Below, in pieces: positions 24,116-36,989 of a DNA stretch of 64,000 bases (positions within the stretch are counted from its first letter, which is position 1; each line of letters opens with the position of its first letter). A program made the position numbers and the translations under genes. The notes under the pieces were generated by a model that worked only from the letters and a program-made list of their open reading frames with translations, had not been told where the DNA came from and ran no database searches. The stretch spans positions 141,917,069 to 141,981,068 of the forward strand of contig NC_068982.1 of NCBI RefSeq assembly GCF_001194135.2, written 5' to 3'. This DNA comes from Octopus bimaculoides. Taxonomy: Eukaryota.

Positions 24116-24505
24116 TAGTTTTATTTTTATAACGTGCTTTCACTTCACTACCGAGCGCAGCTGTGTGCTTTGGGTATGTGCTGTGGTTTGTTCTGATGCT
24201 CTTATGGTTACTGTATTGAAAGTGTTTTGCGTAGGATGTGTGCAGTGCCCAGTAGTGCAATTTTCTGTATGTTATATATATTTGTAAGTCCTGGTGTTTT
24301 TGTTATGTATTTGTCTGAATATTTTTTTATTATACCCAAGGCACCTACTATGATAGCAATTGTTTCTGTTTTTAGATTCTACATTCGAGTTACCTCTATT
24401 TCCAGGTCTTTGTATTTTGCTAGTTTTTCCATTTCTTTTAGGGAAACGTTGTCATCTGCTGGTATTGATACGTCAATTAGAAAGCATTTTTGTACTTCAT
24501 GTTTA
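24113..24505 (-). mobile_element. Second 5'-truncated R4/Dong-like 3' end
   Basis: Minus-strand KCFLIDVSIPADDNVSLKEMEKLAKYKDLEIEVTRM*NLKTETIAIIVGALG...IQKIALLGTAHILRKTL followed by (TAA)n; embedded in ATT/ATC repeats on both sides. Confidence 0.9.
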
Positions 24506-24514
24506 TTATTATTA

Positions 24515-24572
<58 letters not shown>

Positions 24573-24624
24573 CATCATCATCATCATCATCATCGTTTTC
24601 ATCATCATCCCGATCATCATCATT

Positions 24625-24900
24625 AGATGGGTGAGATTCGTTGCAAAGAATCACTTTGATTGTTGCATGAAACGCCAGTTGTATCATCTCACAAGACCTG
24701 CCGATCGTTTATCAGCCTTCGGCAACATGTTGTTTCGATCGATCTTCCTATTTTAGTTTTCCGATACCGATGATAGCCAGGAATATCAGACGTCCGTATC
24801 ATGGTCCAATAGACTCCACATCTGTTTGGATCAGATGAACGACGAAACGACAACGAGAATGCACCTCTAAGCTGACGATAAGAAGCATACAAATCTCATC
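24625..24900 (-). mobile_element. Possible RTE-clade LINE 3' end
   Basis: Minus strand ends LINDRQVL...QRISPI followed by a (GAT)n tail; similarity to RTE C-termini is from memory and weak. Confidence 0.35.
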
Positions 24901-25173
24901 TTATCAAATTTATAAAGAGATAAATCGCATGGAACTCACGGTCACAGGGTCTTTGATTGAAGTCTTCATTATCAGGTTTCACCAGAAGCTTGGAAATAAC
25001 AGCAGAAAAAAAAACAATTTTGCAGGTAATGAAGTTGCTTTCGTTATTTGAGGATCGATAAAGCTTAGTATCAGGCGAGAATGAGTTAATTCAAATAGCT
25101 GGAAACATTTTTATTCCAACCGCTAAGTATACGTACCTATATACACAAACACACACACACACACACACACATA

Positions 25174-26423
25174 CAGGGGTTGGACAAAATAATGGAAACA
25201 GCTTAAAATTTCAAAAAACTTTATTTAAATATGGAGTAGGACCGTCTTTGGCATTAATTACAGATTGAATTCTATGAGTTAAGGACTCGTACAAAATTCG
25301 AAAGGAATTTTACTCCATTATTCAGCTAATACTATCTCCAGTTCTTATAGTGATGATGCTGGGGGATAGAGGATATCGACTCCTTACTTGTTTTTCTAAA
25401 ATGCACCATGTTCAATAATATTGAGATCTGGGGACTGTGGTGGCCACATAAGATGTTCAACTTCACTAGAATGTTCCTCGTCCCATTCAGTAACAACTTT
25501 AGCTATGTGAATTAGTGTATGATCATCCTAAAAGACTGCGTTTCCCTCTGTGAACAGTTCCGCAACCATAGACTAAATTTGATCAGATAAAATGTTTAAA
25601 TAGACTTGAGTATTAATGCTGTCATGAAGGGAAACCATTGAGCCAGCGGATTTCCAAGATATAGCCTCCCCAGATCATCAAAGACTCCCCTCCATGTTTA
25701 ACAGTTGGAAGAGGGCAGCCTGGTTCGAATGCTCCTTTTGTCCGTCTCTACATGTATAATCGGCCGGTGGTCGGAAATAAGGTAATGGATGACTTATCAG
25801 AGAATATAACATTCTTCCACTATTCTAGGGACCATATTTGTAGGTTTCTGTTCCACACTAGACGCTTTGCAACGTTTGGTTTTGAAAGTAGTGATTTTCT
25901 GATTGTAGCCCTCTTGTGAAATCCGGCTCTGTGCAGATCACGGCGAACAGTTTTTGTGGAAACTGGGTTCTCGATATGGTCATTCAGCTCTGCAGTAATT
26001 TTGGGAGTTGTACTTTTGTAATCCTTTCTAGCAATTAGCCTAAGAGTCCGACGGTCCCTAGCTGAAAGTTTTGGTTTCCTTCCGGAGTTTTGTTTTCACG
26101 AGGAGATTTTTCCCTCTTTCTCAAAGCCTGCCATTACTTTCTAGACAGTACCTCTTGATGCACCAAACATTTCGGCTATTTTCATTACGCGAGCGCCAAC
26201 AATTTGACCTCTTTTAAAGTGCCATAGATCTGTCATCTTAATGAATTTTAATTACCTTTAACTGATGATATGTGACAGAAATAGCAATTTTAGCAAGACA
26301 TTAATCAACGTTAGTAATAAATAAAAAAACATAAAGATAAACAAGATTTTGACGGTTTTATAGATATGTATAAAATTATGATGCCATGATGCTATGGGTT
26401 TCTATTATTTTGTCTAAGACCTG
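25174..26423 (-). mobile_element. Full-length decayed Tc1-family DNA transposon
   Basis: 26-bp TIRs CAGGGGTTGGACAAAATAATGGAAAC (4 mismatches between ends), TA on both sides; minus-strand transposase from ATG 26236: KRGQIVG, SGRKPKLS, VIFSDKS, TVKHGG.SLMIWG, F*DD..LIH, WPPQSPDLNIIEH, with many stops and frameshifts. Confidence 0.95.
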
Positions 26424-26438
26424 TATGTGTATATATAT

Positions 26439-27467
26439 TGATGCAACCACCGAAGATACAATTAGTGTTATATCCCTATCTCCCGAGCTGGGTTTTGAAA
26501 CCGTATTCTGGTTGTTTGTGGCAATGGCATTTCCTTTGTCTTCTCAACAACCACAGCTATTTTTAGCGTAGGAGTGATCGCTGCCCCTCTCCGGTCAGCG
26601 AAAGTACAGAAAAACAGTATAGGAATCGTACTGAACTGACCCAGCTTTGGGAGGGGGTAAGGTAACACTATTGAGCTACGGTATTTTGTGATAAATACGA
26701 GAACACGGATTGAAGCAGCGCAGTTGGCCGGAGGATTTGGCGGCAGTCAAGTGGTAGTGGTCGGCCGAAGGAATTGGCGAGGATTTTGGGTGGCAGTCGA
26801 GTTGTACAGGCGAGTTGGCTTGAGAGATGAAATGAAGATGAACAATGATAAGTCTGAAAGAGAGAGAGCTATAGTCAGCAGAAATGCATAGAGTCTCAGA
26901 GAGAGAGGGACAGAGAGATGGGATTCTGGCAGCCAAAGGAGATAGCAGTAGTCAGTTGTTTACTTCTTGGACCGTACGGTGTTTGTGAAAGAAAGGAAGT
27001 TATTACAGCAAAGGTTTGTCTAAATATTCTTCCAAGAAAATGTATTTGTCGTTATGATGTATAAAGAAAAAGAACTGTTAACTGTGATTTTAACTTAAAA
27101 GAGAAAGAAATGAAAGAACTTTTAAAGGACTCGATGAACGAACTCTTGTTTATGTAACGATTGCAAACCCTTGATTATGTTGCATGCGCTATTATATGCT
27201 ATTGAATTGTTATGTAATGTTTTATAATGTATTGATGATGTTTTGATCATGTAAAAAGAAAGGGTTAGTTTCCGCTACCCAACGTATGGTAACCGTGTTG
27301 TTTCTCCCCCCCCTCCTTTTGCCTGTGTTGTTCTTCGCTGCGTGCTCCTGCCGGGGCTTATTGGTGGCCCGTGGCGATTGTACCGACTCACCGAGCGTTC
27401 GACGTTCGCGCGCGCGCGAGTTCTCTCTTTGTTTAGGGAGGTGCATCGCGTGCGGGCGTTCGTAACA
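26439..27467. mobile_element. Putative solo LTR (about 1.03 kb)
   Basis: TG...CA termini (TGATGCAACC ... TTCGTAACA), ATAT on both sides, GC/CpG-rich relative to flanks, no coding capacity, AATAAA on minus strand near 27000. Confidence 0.45.
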
Positions 27468-27824
27468 ATATATATATATATAATATGTGCTGACAAATTA
27501 AAAAACGATTGTCATGTACTTGATCAACGGTAAGATGTAGTGTACTCATAGTTGAGTGCCTGAATAACACCTCTTAGCTTCATTGGAGCCTCGTACATAA
27601 AACGCAATTTATTTGAGAAACATATTACATTTGTGCATATATAAATGGCAAGGCATTATCAGTGATAACGTCATTGCTGATGCATATCCAAAAAGTTAAT
27701 CAGATCTAATAGTAGAAATATATTTAGTATTATCCTGTGCAGATAAGCAGGCATATACGCACACACACTAACACACGCTAACACACGTACATACGCATAT
27801 GTATACATATGTATGTGTATGTGT

Positions 27825-27890
27825 TTTATATATATATATAGATATATAGATATATAGATATATATATATAGATATATATATAGATAGATG

Positions 27891-27930
<40 letters not shown>

Positions 27931-27932
27931 TA
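27825..27932. repeat. (TA)/(GATA)n microsatellite
   Basis: Directly visible. Confidence 0.95.
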
Positions 27933-30900
27933 GGTATTATTTACGCAATACCTCTAACTAATTATCTATCAATCTATCTATATAACGTGCTACATGCACA
28001 AGACCTACGCACCAAAGCCGTTCTAGAGAGCCGGCATCCCGTTTTACATTCAAGAGAGCATAACCACGTTATCTTATATGATATTTATTTTCAGACGTAT
28101 ATTTGTGAAATTATGGAGATTTGACTACTATTTTCTTTGTTTTTAGTTATGATGTAAAGGTCCCTTGATTTGGACAAGCTTCTGCGTCTTTGTGTTTAGT
28201 TGCTAAATAAAGATGAATGAAAGAACAAAGATTTTCTTGTCTCTATGTTTGTATCTTCTAAGTCCTCATGAGAAGTTGTTATTTCATTCTATGCAAGTGG
28301 CTGAACATTTCACGCAGAACCTTACACACGAGACGATAAGTCTCCAAAACATGATTCGTCTTAGCAGTGTTGATATTCTCAAATAACTATCGATTTTTAT
28401 AAAACGATATGTGACGCGAATTTTCATTTTCAAACATTTCCGGAGATAAACAACGACAAATTATCTGCGTGTCCACAAGTGTTGAATGTTGCTATGAATA
28501 TACGTCAACACAAAAGAATACAGACACACGCATGTTTGCGTGCATATGTATACATTTATTTGTTAAATATTGCATTCAGTCTAAGAAATAAATACAAAAC
28601 CAATTAAATTTCCATGTTGCAAAATGAAATGCATCAAGTGTAAAACCAATTGGGAGACGAAATTCGTGAAATCTCCAACAGTCCTCCAATTATAAAGCAG
28701 ACTACAGACAAAATTAATAGATTCATTTATTATGTTATTAGACAGAAATATATTAAATAAAGCTGACCTTCAATAAAAGTTGAATTGAATACGTTTTTAT
28801 CAAAAATCTTTAATGTAGAGATAAAACTCTTACCTAGTTTAATCCTTTTCATAGTTTATATGCAATCACAAGCTGTGTAATGGCCACCATGTCATTCATT
28901 ACTATGCACTTTTCCACCTTACAAAAGAATCGCCCATGCTTTAAAGATGTATTTTACGACTAACCAAAGTTATATGTGTAAGATAGAGTAACAAAGGTCT
29001 AAAGAGTATCAAAACCAAAAGCATGTGGTTAGCTACGTATATGTGGCACTGCAATTGATCCAAGAATCTGAACTGGATGTGACGCTCTCGCAAGCCACCG
29101 TTAGGACAAACTATTGTTTACCTATTTCGTTTATTGCGTTTTTAACACAGCACATTCATATTGGATGTTATGTCAGGACGAATAGTGCAGTAACTGGCCT
29201 ATCGACAGTGTATATACTTTATGATACATGAATGACTATTATAATTTAATAGCCTCATGAATGGCTGGTATAATTTGATACTGCTCCATTTCCACAAACC
29301 TGGTTTTATTTTTGCCCAGATGGATTCTTGCAACATCATTTATTATATATCGCAAGCGGTGAATTCCTGTTCGAGTATGCGGCTGAGTGCGAGTACACAC
29401 GCTTGGAGTGAGCTGTTAATTTCCATAGACCTTGTACGTATATTGCACACTAGGTTGCCATAACAATCTCACAGATTTTCTGTACCCCACTAACACTCTA
29501 TTAAACTATTTCACTACTACTGCTTCTTTCTTGACTCAGCACTTTTATACGCCAATGGATCTCTATTGAACCGTGATTCGCTTTTTCTTGAAAATGTTTT
29601 GACCTATGTTTAGACCCACTATCGAAATTTGCTCAAGAATTTAATTGGAGACATTGTTTCAAATCAAAAGGAAAACCATTGAAGCTGGTGAAAGAGCTTG
29701 TTAATATAATTTAAATTATGTACTAATATATTGTGGGTTAACCACATAAAACATAGCATTACTTAGAATTTTTCATATAACTACATCTTATCATATTGTA
29801 GAACAGCTTTCATTCACCCAGATCTGATAAATGTATTTGTCGTCTTATATTAAGAATATGATATTCAATTGTCCTCTGACAGATTGCTCACAAGACAAAT
29901 GTTGTTAAATGTACATCTGTCCTTTGATACTTATTTGCATACTTCGTACTATAGTATCATTAGTTTCCCAGCTAGATAAATGTGTATGGATTAATGCCTT
30001 CACTGTGAGATTCATTTCCTTCTTTACGTATCATTCGAAATTATATTGTTTATATTTATTGTGCACTTTAAAGTAGATAATCTACACACACGTGATGAAT
30101 AGGATATGACATCAGAAACAACCTGTTTCTTTCAAAGCGTCTGGACTGCAATCCAAGTAATTCTCCAAGTGTTTTTACGTGTGTGTATGTTTGTGTGTCT
30201 ATGTGTGTTTGTAAGTGAATGTGCATATGTGAGTTTGTGTGTCTGTGTGTGTGTGAGTGAATGTGTGTATGTGTATGCATGCGTGTGCGCGTGTGTATGC
30301 GTATGTGTGTGTGTATGTAGCGTAGTGCACTTCTGATTGTATGTGCATTTCTCCTTATGTGTGCGTAGGTGTGAAAAAGGACTTCCAAATGAGGAGGTTT
30401 ACATTTGCATCGAAGTACTACGTTCATAAAGAAAGGGAAGAAAATCAATTTCATTAACAGTACATTTTATATCACCTACACACAGAGAATTGTCGAATTA
30501 CAGCCAGTAATATAATGTGATAAATTCTCCTATAACATGGCAACACTAGCATATCCTTATTACCCAGCAAAACTGTTATCGATTTGCTTTCGCTTTACAA
30601 GAATTCTTTATACAAAAGAATTGACTCGATGACTTTTCAGGTGACATTGAGAAACCAAGAAATATATTGAATGAATTACAAGACATTGACACGTTAAGTC
30701 ACTTGTCTATTGATCTCTTCTCAACGATAGAAAGTATATTTGTATTGGATGTTTTAGAAGATAATGAACCGAATTTATCTCAATTTATTGAGATTGCTGT
30801 GTTGAAGTGGAGCACATAGCGTAACTTTGCCACAACTTCCGCTATAGCTGACTGAACTAATGTCAAAAAGTAAAACAACGGAAACAACCTTGCTGGAGCA

Positions 30901-31954
30901 AATACCATTTCAACCATGAGAAAATATTGTTAGACGCCGCTACTTAAATCTTATATATTTTATAAAATGATACAGTCATTTCTCTTTGACATGTACTGCA
31001 ATGTTTAATGCACCTATGCCATCGAATATGTGATACGCGTTCGAAACCTGGTTGTGTTTATGTTGTTTTTCTCTGATAAAAAGCTTCTAATAAACATGAA
31101 TGTTGCAACCAACGCTCTCTCCAAATGCGCTTGATTTCAATAAAGCTGATTACATGTTGTTGGATAACTGTGATCGCAAGAGCTCAAAGTAATGGCTTAG
31201 TTTCGGACTACTGCATTTTCCAGTTAAGTGTTAAATCATGATATATTGTTGCTGTAGCACATCTAACGGCAATATTTAATTTGTTACGAAGCAGATCTAA
31301 TTTCCGCGTGATTGCATGGCTCCATTTCCTTTCAAATGATAATATTATTCGCTTTTTTCTTTGTTAAATGTATTTGTAACGATGATTTCTTTATAGCCAT
31401 TCTATCGATTGCTGAAGGGGTTTTATAGCTGATTTAATCGAACCCTATAAACACCGCTAGTTATTGACACTTATCTAATGAAAGAAATCCACCCAACTGG
31501 ATTTCAGAGTCAAGAAAATCTACTTTAAATATACAACGTATTTAAAACAATTCTTCACAGTTGTCAGTGAGGCGTGAAAAAATAACTAATTTCCATGAAG
31601 GATTGGCCACATTTACAGCAGTTTCCATTATATATTGCTTAGTTCTCAAACTCCGGGTAAAAAGGGAAAACCGTTCTGTGAGGAGGCACGGATTTGTAAT
31701 TCTTAAAATATTCACTCGACTAAAATACCGTCGATCTCAGAGTCTGTAAGTGTCAGGGATTGTTTAAACCCAATATTTACGTACTATTCTTTAGTTTTAT
31801 CTACTTCGACTTCCGTCATTACAAACGATTTATTTTATGCTTGTCCAAAGTTTTAAAATACTTAATACGTAAACACATATATATGTGTGAGTGTGCTAAA
31901 TACTGATCATTGTGGAACTTAACTCTGGGTTAATATGTTATCCACCTGTATAAT

Positions 31955-32132
31955 ATATCCCTCCAAATCGCTGGTATACATGTGTACATGTGTGTGTGTG
32001 TCTGTGTGTCCGTGTAATAATCAATGCAGTGCTTAAAGCTATTTGCCATCTATTTCTACCATATCACTGTTTAAAATTTATGCCACTCATCTCAATTCTT
32101 TTAGATACGAGAAACACACGTATATATATATT

Positions 32133-32178
<46 letters not shown>

Positions 32179-32615
32179 NNNNNNNNNNNNNNNNNNNNNN
32201 NNNNNNNNNNNNNNNNNNNNNNNNNNNNNNNNNNNNNNNNNNNNNNNNNNNNNNNNNNNNNNNNNNNNNNNNNNNNNNNNNNNNNNNNNNNNNNNNNNNN
32301 NNNNNNNNNNNNNNNNNNNNNNNNNNNNNNNNNNNNNNNNNNNNNNNNNNNNNNNNNNNNNNNNNNNNNNNNNNNNNNNNNNNNNNNNNNNNNNNNNNNN
32401 NNNNNNNNNNNNNNNNNNNNNNNNNNNNNNNNNNNNNNNNNNNNNNNNNNNNNNNNNNNNNNNNNNNNNNNNNNNNNNNNNNNNNNATCAGCGGCTTGAA
32501 TTTTAAACAGCGATATGATAGAAATAGACGTGAAATAGCTCTAAGCACTACATTAATTGCTACATACACAGACACATACACATATGTATACCAGTGATTT
32601 GGACGGATGAGAAAT
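31955..32615. repeat. Inverted repeat pair (about 140-bp arms) flanking (TA)n and a gap
   Basis: 31960-32095 matches the reverse complement of 32488-32612 (tccctccaaatcgctggtatacat / tccgtccaaatcactggtatacat; gtgcttaaagctatttgccatctatttctaccatatcactgtttaaaatt / gtgcttagagctatttcacgtctatttctatcatatcgctgtttaaaatt). Confidence 0.8.
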
Positions 32616-32779
32616 TTATAAATATAGAAATATATAGACATAAATGTACTTATGAGGCTGTATGTGTCTATATTAAAATCAATGAGCATATTAAGATACG
32701 CGGATAGTGAATGTATAGCGGTAATCCAAAGAGATGAGAAAGTTGGTATAAAATTATTTAAAAGGAATCTTGTGCAGAT

Positions 32780-33300
32780 ACAACGTCTGACGGCTGTTTC
32801 AAGTAGATATAGATTGGTGTGACCGAGGTAATTCCAGCCATAACAATCATCTATATTCCTCTCATCATAGTTGATCTGAAGGATTTATAAAAGAGTTATT
32901 TAAATCTTAATTTAAGAATTTATAAAAATCGAATGAGTGTCGCAACATGATGTTCAGGTGGATGATATAATTAGAGCAAAAATTACATGTTTAAATACAT
33001 TATGACGCAAAAGATAATAGTGTTTTAAGATAAATCCAAATACATAAATGTTAACTAGGTTAAAATGATGTAAACTAATTGTTTTGGGAAACAAGTGAAA
33101 AATTTATAAATATTTATGTCTACAAAGAATAAGGACATCCGAGATCTTATTAAGTAAATTTATTTTTGTAGCAAGGAGTATATAGATCGCTTCTTTTGTG
33201 CAAAATTTACAGTTGCTGGTGTGTGCATTGTATGATGTGGTTTCCGTTATAATGGACCAATCTAGACTGAATTCTTTATTGCACATTTTTTGATTTATTA
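32780..33300 (-). mobile_element. Penelope-like element 3' remnant (GIY-YIG C-terminus plus downstream HHR-like motif)
   Basis: ORF 33104-33286: WSIITETTSYNAHTSNCKFCTKEAIYIL...NLLNKISDVLILCRHK matches the C-x2-C...LLNKR.E....CRH end typical of PLE ORFs; HHR-like motif about 230 bp downstream. Confidence 0.75.
32786..32872 (-). ncRNA. Degenerate type I hammerhead motif with long stem II
   Basis: Minus strand ctATGATGAG-aggaatatagatgattg...caatctatatctactt-GAAACAGCCGTC-ag; core C3 altered, stem III palindrome ACAGCTGT has one substitution. Confidence 0.45.
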
Positions 33301-34326
33301 ATATGGGTAGATAGTGTAGTTGAATTTTCTTTGTTTCTTGATTAATAAATGAATTTAAGTGTGCTCTATGTCCAGTCTTAAAATCAGTCGTACTTCATAT
33401 GTATATCTTTTTTGATTCACTAATGATTGAAACCTTAACTTTATATATGACCGCCGTCCTAACGATTCTGCCAGCTTGCTACCTTCGACGCACTAAACTG
33501 TAAGTAGTGTTCTAGTTTGAACTCATTCCAGCTCAGAGGGAGTAATACAGGTGAAACACTCTCAGCGCTTTGTTTAGTACGGGACAGTCCCTAATCGAGC
33601 AGTTCCTTTATCGAAAACGTGAGCATTTAGATCATTCCATTGTATCTATCTGATTAAATTGTCATAGATGACCTATTGTATTAGACGAGAGAGTGTATTT
33701 GAAATAAATGTAGACTTTCTATTCCAATCATGTTTCACATCATTGAAATACCCTTTTGTTCTCCTTAAACTTGGTGCTAGGTTTGCTACGTATACAAAAA
33801 CATACACACGCGCACTTACAAATNNNNNNNNNNNNNNNNNNNNNNNNNNNNNNNNNNNNNNNNNNNNNNNNNNNNNNNNNNNNNNNNNNNNNNNNNNNNN
33901 NNNNNNNNNNNNNNNNNNNNNNNNNNNNNNNNNNNNNNNNNNNNNNNNNNNNNNNNNNNNNNNNNNNNNNNNNNNNNNNNNNNNNNNNNNNNNNNNNNNN
34001 NNNNNNNNNNNNNNNNNNNNNNNNNNNNNNNNNNNNNNNNNNNNNNNNNNNNNNNNNNNNNNNNNNNNNNNNNNNNNNNNNNNNNNNNNNNNNNNNNNNN
34101 NNNNNNNNNNNNNNNNNNNNNNNNNNNNNNNNNNNNNNNNNNNNNNNNNNNNNNNNNNNNNNNNNNNNNNNNNNNNNNNNNNNNNNNNNNNNNNNNNNNN
34201 NNNNNNNNNNNNNNNNNNNNNNNNNNNNNNNNNNNNNNNNNNNNNNNNNNNNNNNNNNNNNNNNNNNNNNNNNNNNNNNNNNNNNNNNNNNNNNNNNNNN
34301 NNNNNNNNNNNNNNNNNNNNNNNNNN

Positions 34327-34327
34327 N

Positions 34328-34372
<45 letters not shown>
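34327..34372. repeat. (CT)n microsatellite at gap edge
   Basis: Directly visible. Confidence 0.95.
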
Positions 34373-34373
<1 letters not shown>

Positions 34374-36989
34374 AATATTTACATCTTGAAGTAAGCAACT
34401 TACAAGAATATCTGTATTTGTAAATTTACTAAACGAATTCACTAGAGGTCACGATTTTGTCTCCAAATATATTAAGTTCTTCTCCCAGTTTCCCAATGAC
34501 CAATGTTGCATAAATACATGAATTATAGTTGTGAATGTGTTATGTGTGATGTTAAAGAACTTCTCAAAAGAAATACAACTAAAATGGAGAAAGTGAACAG
34601 CAATATAGAAAAGATTCCTGCAAGAATTTACTTGATTTTGTGCAATCATTGACAAATTTGTAATAATTTAGAAGGTAATATTCAAAATTTAAACAAAACA
34701 AGTGACATTTTGAAATATTGCTACTTTTCAAGACAGAAGTTGTAAAATTGAAGCACAATTTTGTCAGTAGATATTGTAACTCTATGACGCATGTGGATTG
34801 TATTGGGCACTCAAATGTATGTATAAAATGATGTGGTTTTAGCAACAGGTAATTCGGAGAAGACATTTATTTTGTCTTGTAACAAATTTAATAGAAGGCA
34901 ATAATGATTTTCATAAACATTCGAGGAAAAGGAATTCTAATTTAGTTTCCACTAAAATTAGCGCGTAAATCAAGGAGCAACAAAGACACTTCTAATGGTC
35001 TGCGTCGGAGAGAATTGAAATAATAACATTACTTAAAACATGTCGGTATTTTATCATTTTTGACCGTGAGTGTTGAGATGTATGTTCTCTTTTGTTTTTG
35101 TTTTTTGTTTCCATAAAGCTAATCATAACATTATATTGTTAACGCCATTAATAATCCCAGGGAAATCCTTTTTTCAACAAATCTATCTTTTCAATGTTCT
35201 GTAAAATATATTGAAATAAAAGTATTTTAATTCCCACATTTGATGTCACGTAGTAAATCATTGCTACATTAAGTTTCGCTTTACATTTTGAGATATAAAT
35301 CATATACTGATAACCTTGTACTACAGCTTCACAATCTTTTCGGTTATACCAAACTAGATCCACTATGTTGACTAATTGAACAAGTAGGTCAAATATAATG
35401 TATTCTTTTTCTGGCTTCATCATTGATAGAGTGTCCGCCGTATTACAGTTTTCGGAACTGAATCCCCCGGGGTCTAAATACAATGTAGTTTAAGCAAACG
35501 GAACTATTCTACGGAACGTTTGGCGACACAGTATACTATCGATTCACCCATCTGCACATTCTCTCGTCGTTTGTAACTATTCTTTGCAAATTAGATTTTT
35601 ACTATTGTTGCAAATAAATATGTTAACTAATTATGCTTTCTGTTGAAGAGAATAAGCTGTAATTACGAAGATTCTGCAGTAATGTCTACGAGGAATTCTG
35701 TCTTAATGAACATAGGGAAAAGGAAACAATGTTAAATAATGTATTTTGATTAATGGCAGTCGAATATAATAAAATGAATCATCTAAGAGAAATTGTACGT
35801 TTTATATATTATTTATATATAATTTGTTTTTAGTTTAAAAGCGAATGTAATTAAATCTATCTGTGTATTTCCTCACAGAAATCCCATTACTAAAGGCATT
35901 ATCCTACAGTACGTTCGCCATTTTTTTTTTTTTCATAAATTCAATTGTAGTTTGGTGTAAGGAAACGAGGACAAAACATAAGAGAAAGAAAGGGAAAACT
36001 ATGCAAATAAACAAACATTGTGTGTATATGGGGAACTAGCAGAAATAGAAAAACAATGGGTTTGGGGTGGTAAACAGAATGTCGTATAAAATAATGAGAG
36101 GAAGAATTTTATTGACAAATATTTATCGTTGATATTATGCCGAATCCCATTTCAAGATGGTGAGTAAAATACCCGCATTTTGAAATATTCTGTCAAAATA
36201 AGTAGATATTCCACTCAAATACGACTACACTTTATGAGCGTGCAAACATCTTTAGGATAATTACTTCTCAGACAGCTCTTAGGATTTTTCATGTAAATAT
36301 AGCGTTTCTTGTTTTATAATATAAACATCTTATTTCCAACAAAAGGATTCATAATTAGATTTTGAAGCTATCATTGTATGACTTCCAAATTTATTCACTG
36401 GATATTTCAGTAATTGCACCAGCAAACAATACAAGCTTTGCATAAGGAATTCTGCCATAAAAGAATTACTGCTGTAGATATTAATGTCTTCGGAGTGCAT
36501 ATGCCATTCCCCTGTTTCTATTAAAACATTAAAAGATTATTCGAATTCATATGCATTTCATTTTGGAATTATTGCCATGTTGTGAATAATAAACACAATG
36601 CTTTCTTGGTTGGTACATTTCATCTGCGTGATTGACTGCTTTATTAATAAGAAGAAGCCTCTAACTTTTAATGCTCGAAACAATATGGCTCCCTTAATAA
36701 CTGTACGACTTTACATTACAATTCTTAATGACTTTGTTTACTACAAATCGAAATAGGAATTCCTACTATGTCGATTGATTTGCGGGATATAGCAACCAAT
36801 TTTTTGTCGTATCACAGACAACTGTCAGATAAAAAGAAATTGACTGTGGAAAAATTATGCTAGAAAACGTTAAAAAGAAATTTGAAGATGGTATAGTTAC
36901 ATCTAGAATACATGAGTACATGGGGTCTCTTCAGCTAAGGCGAACCTGGCATTAAACAATAATAGAAAGTATAGTAACTAGGATTTATA

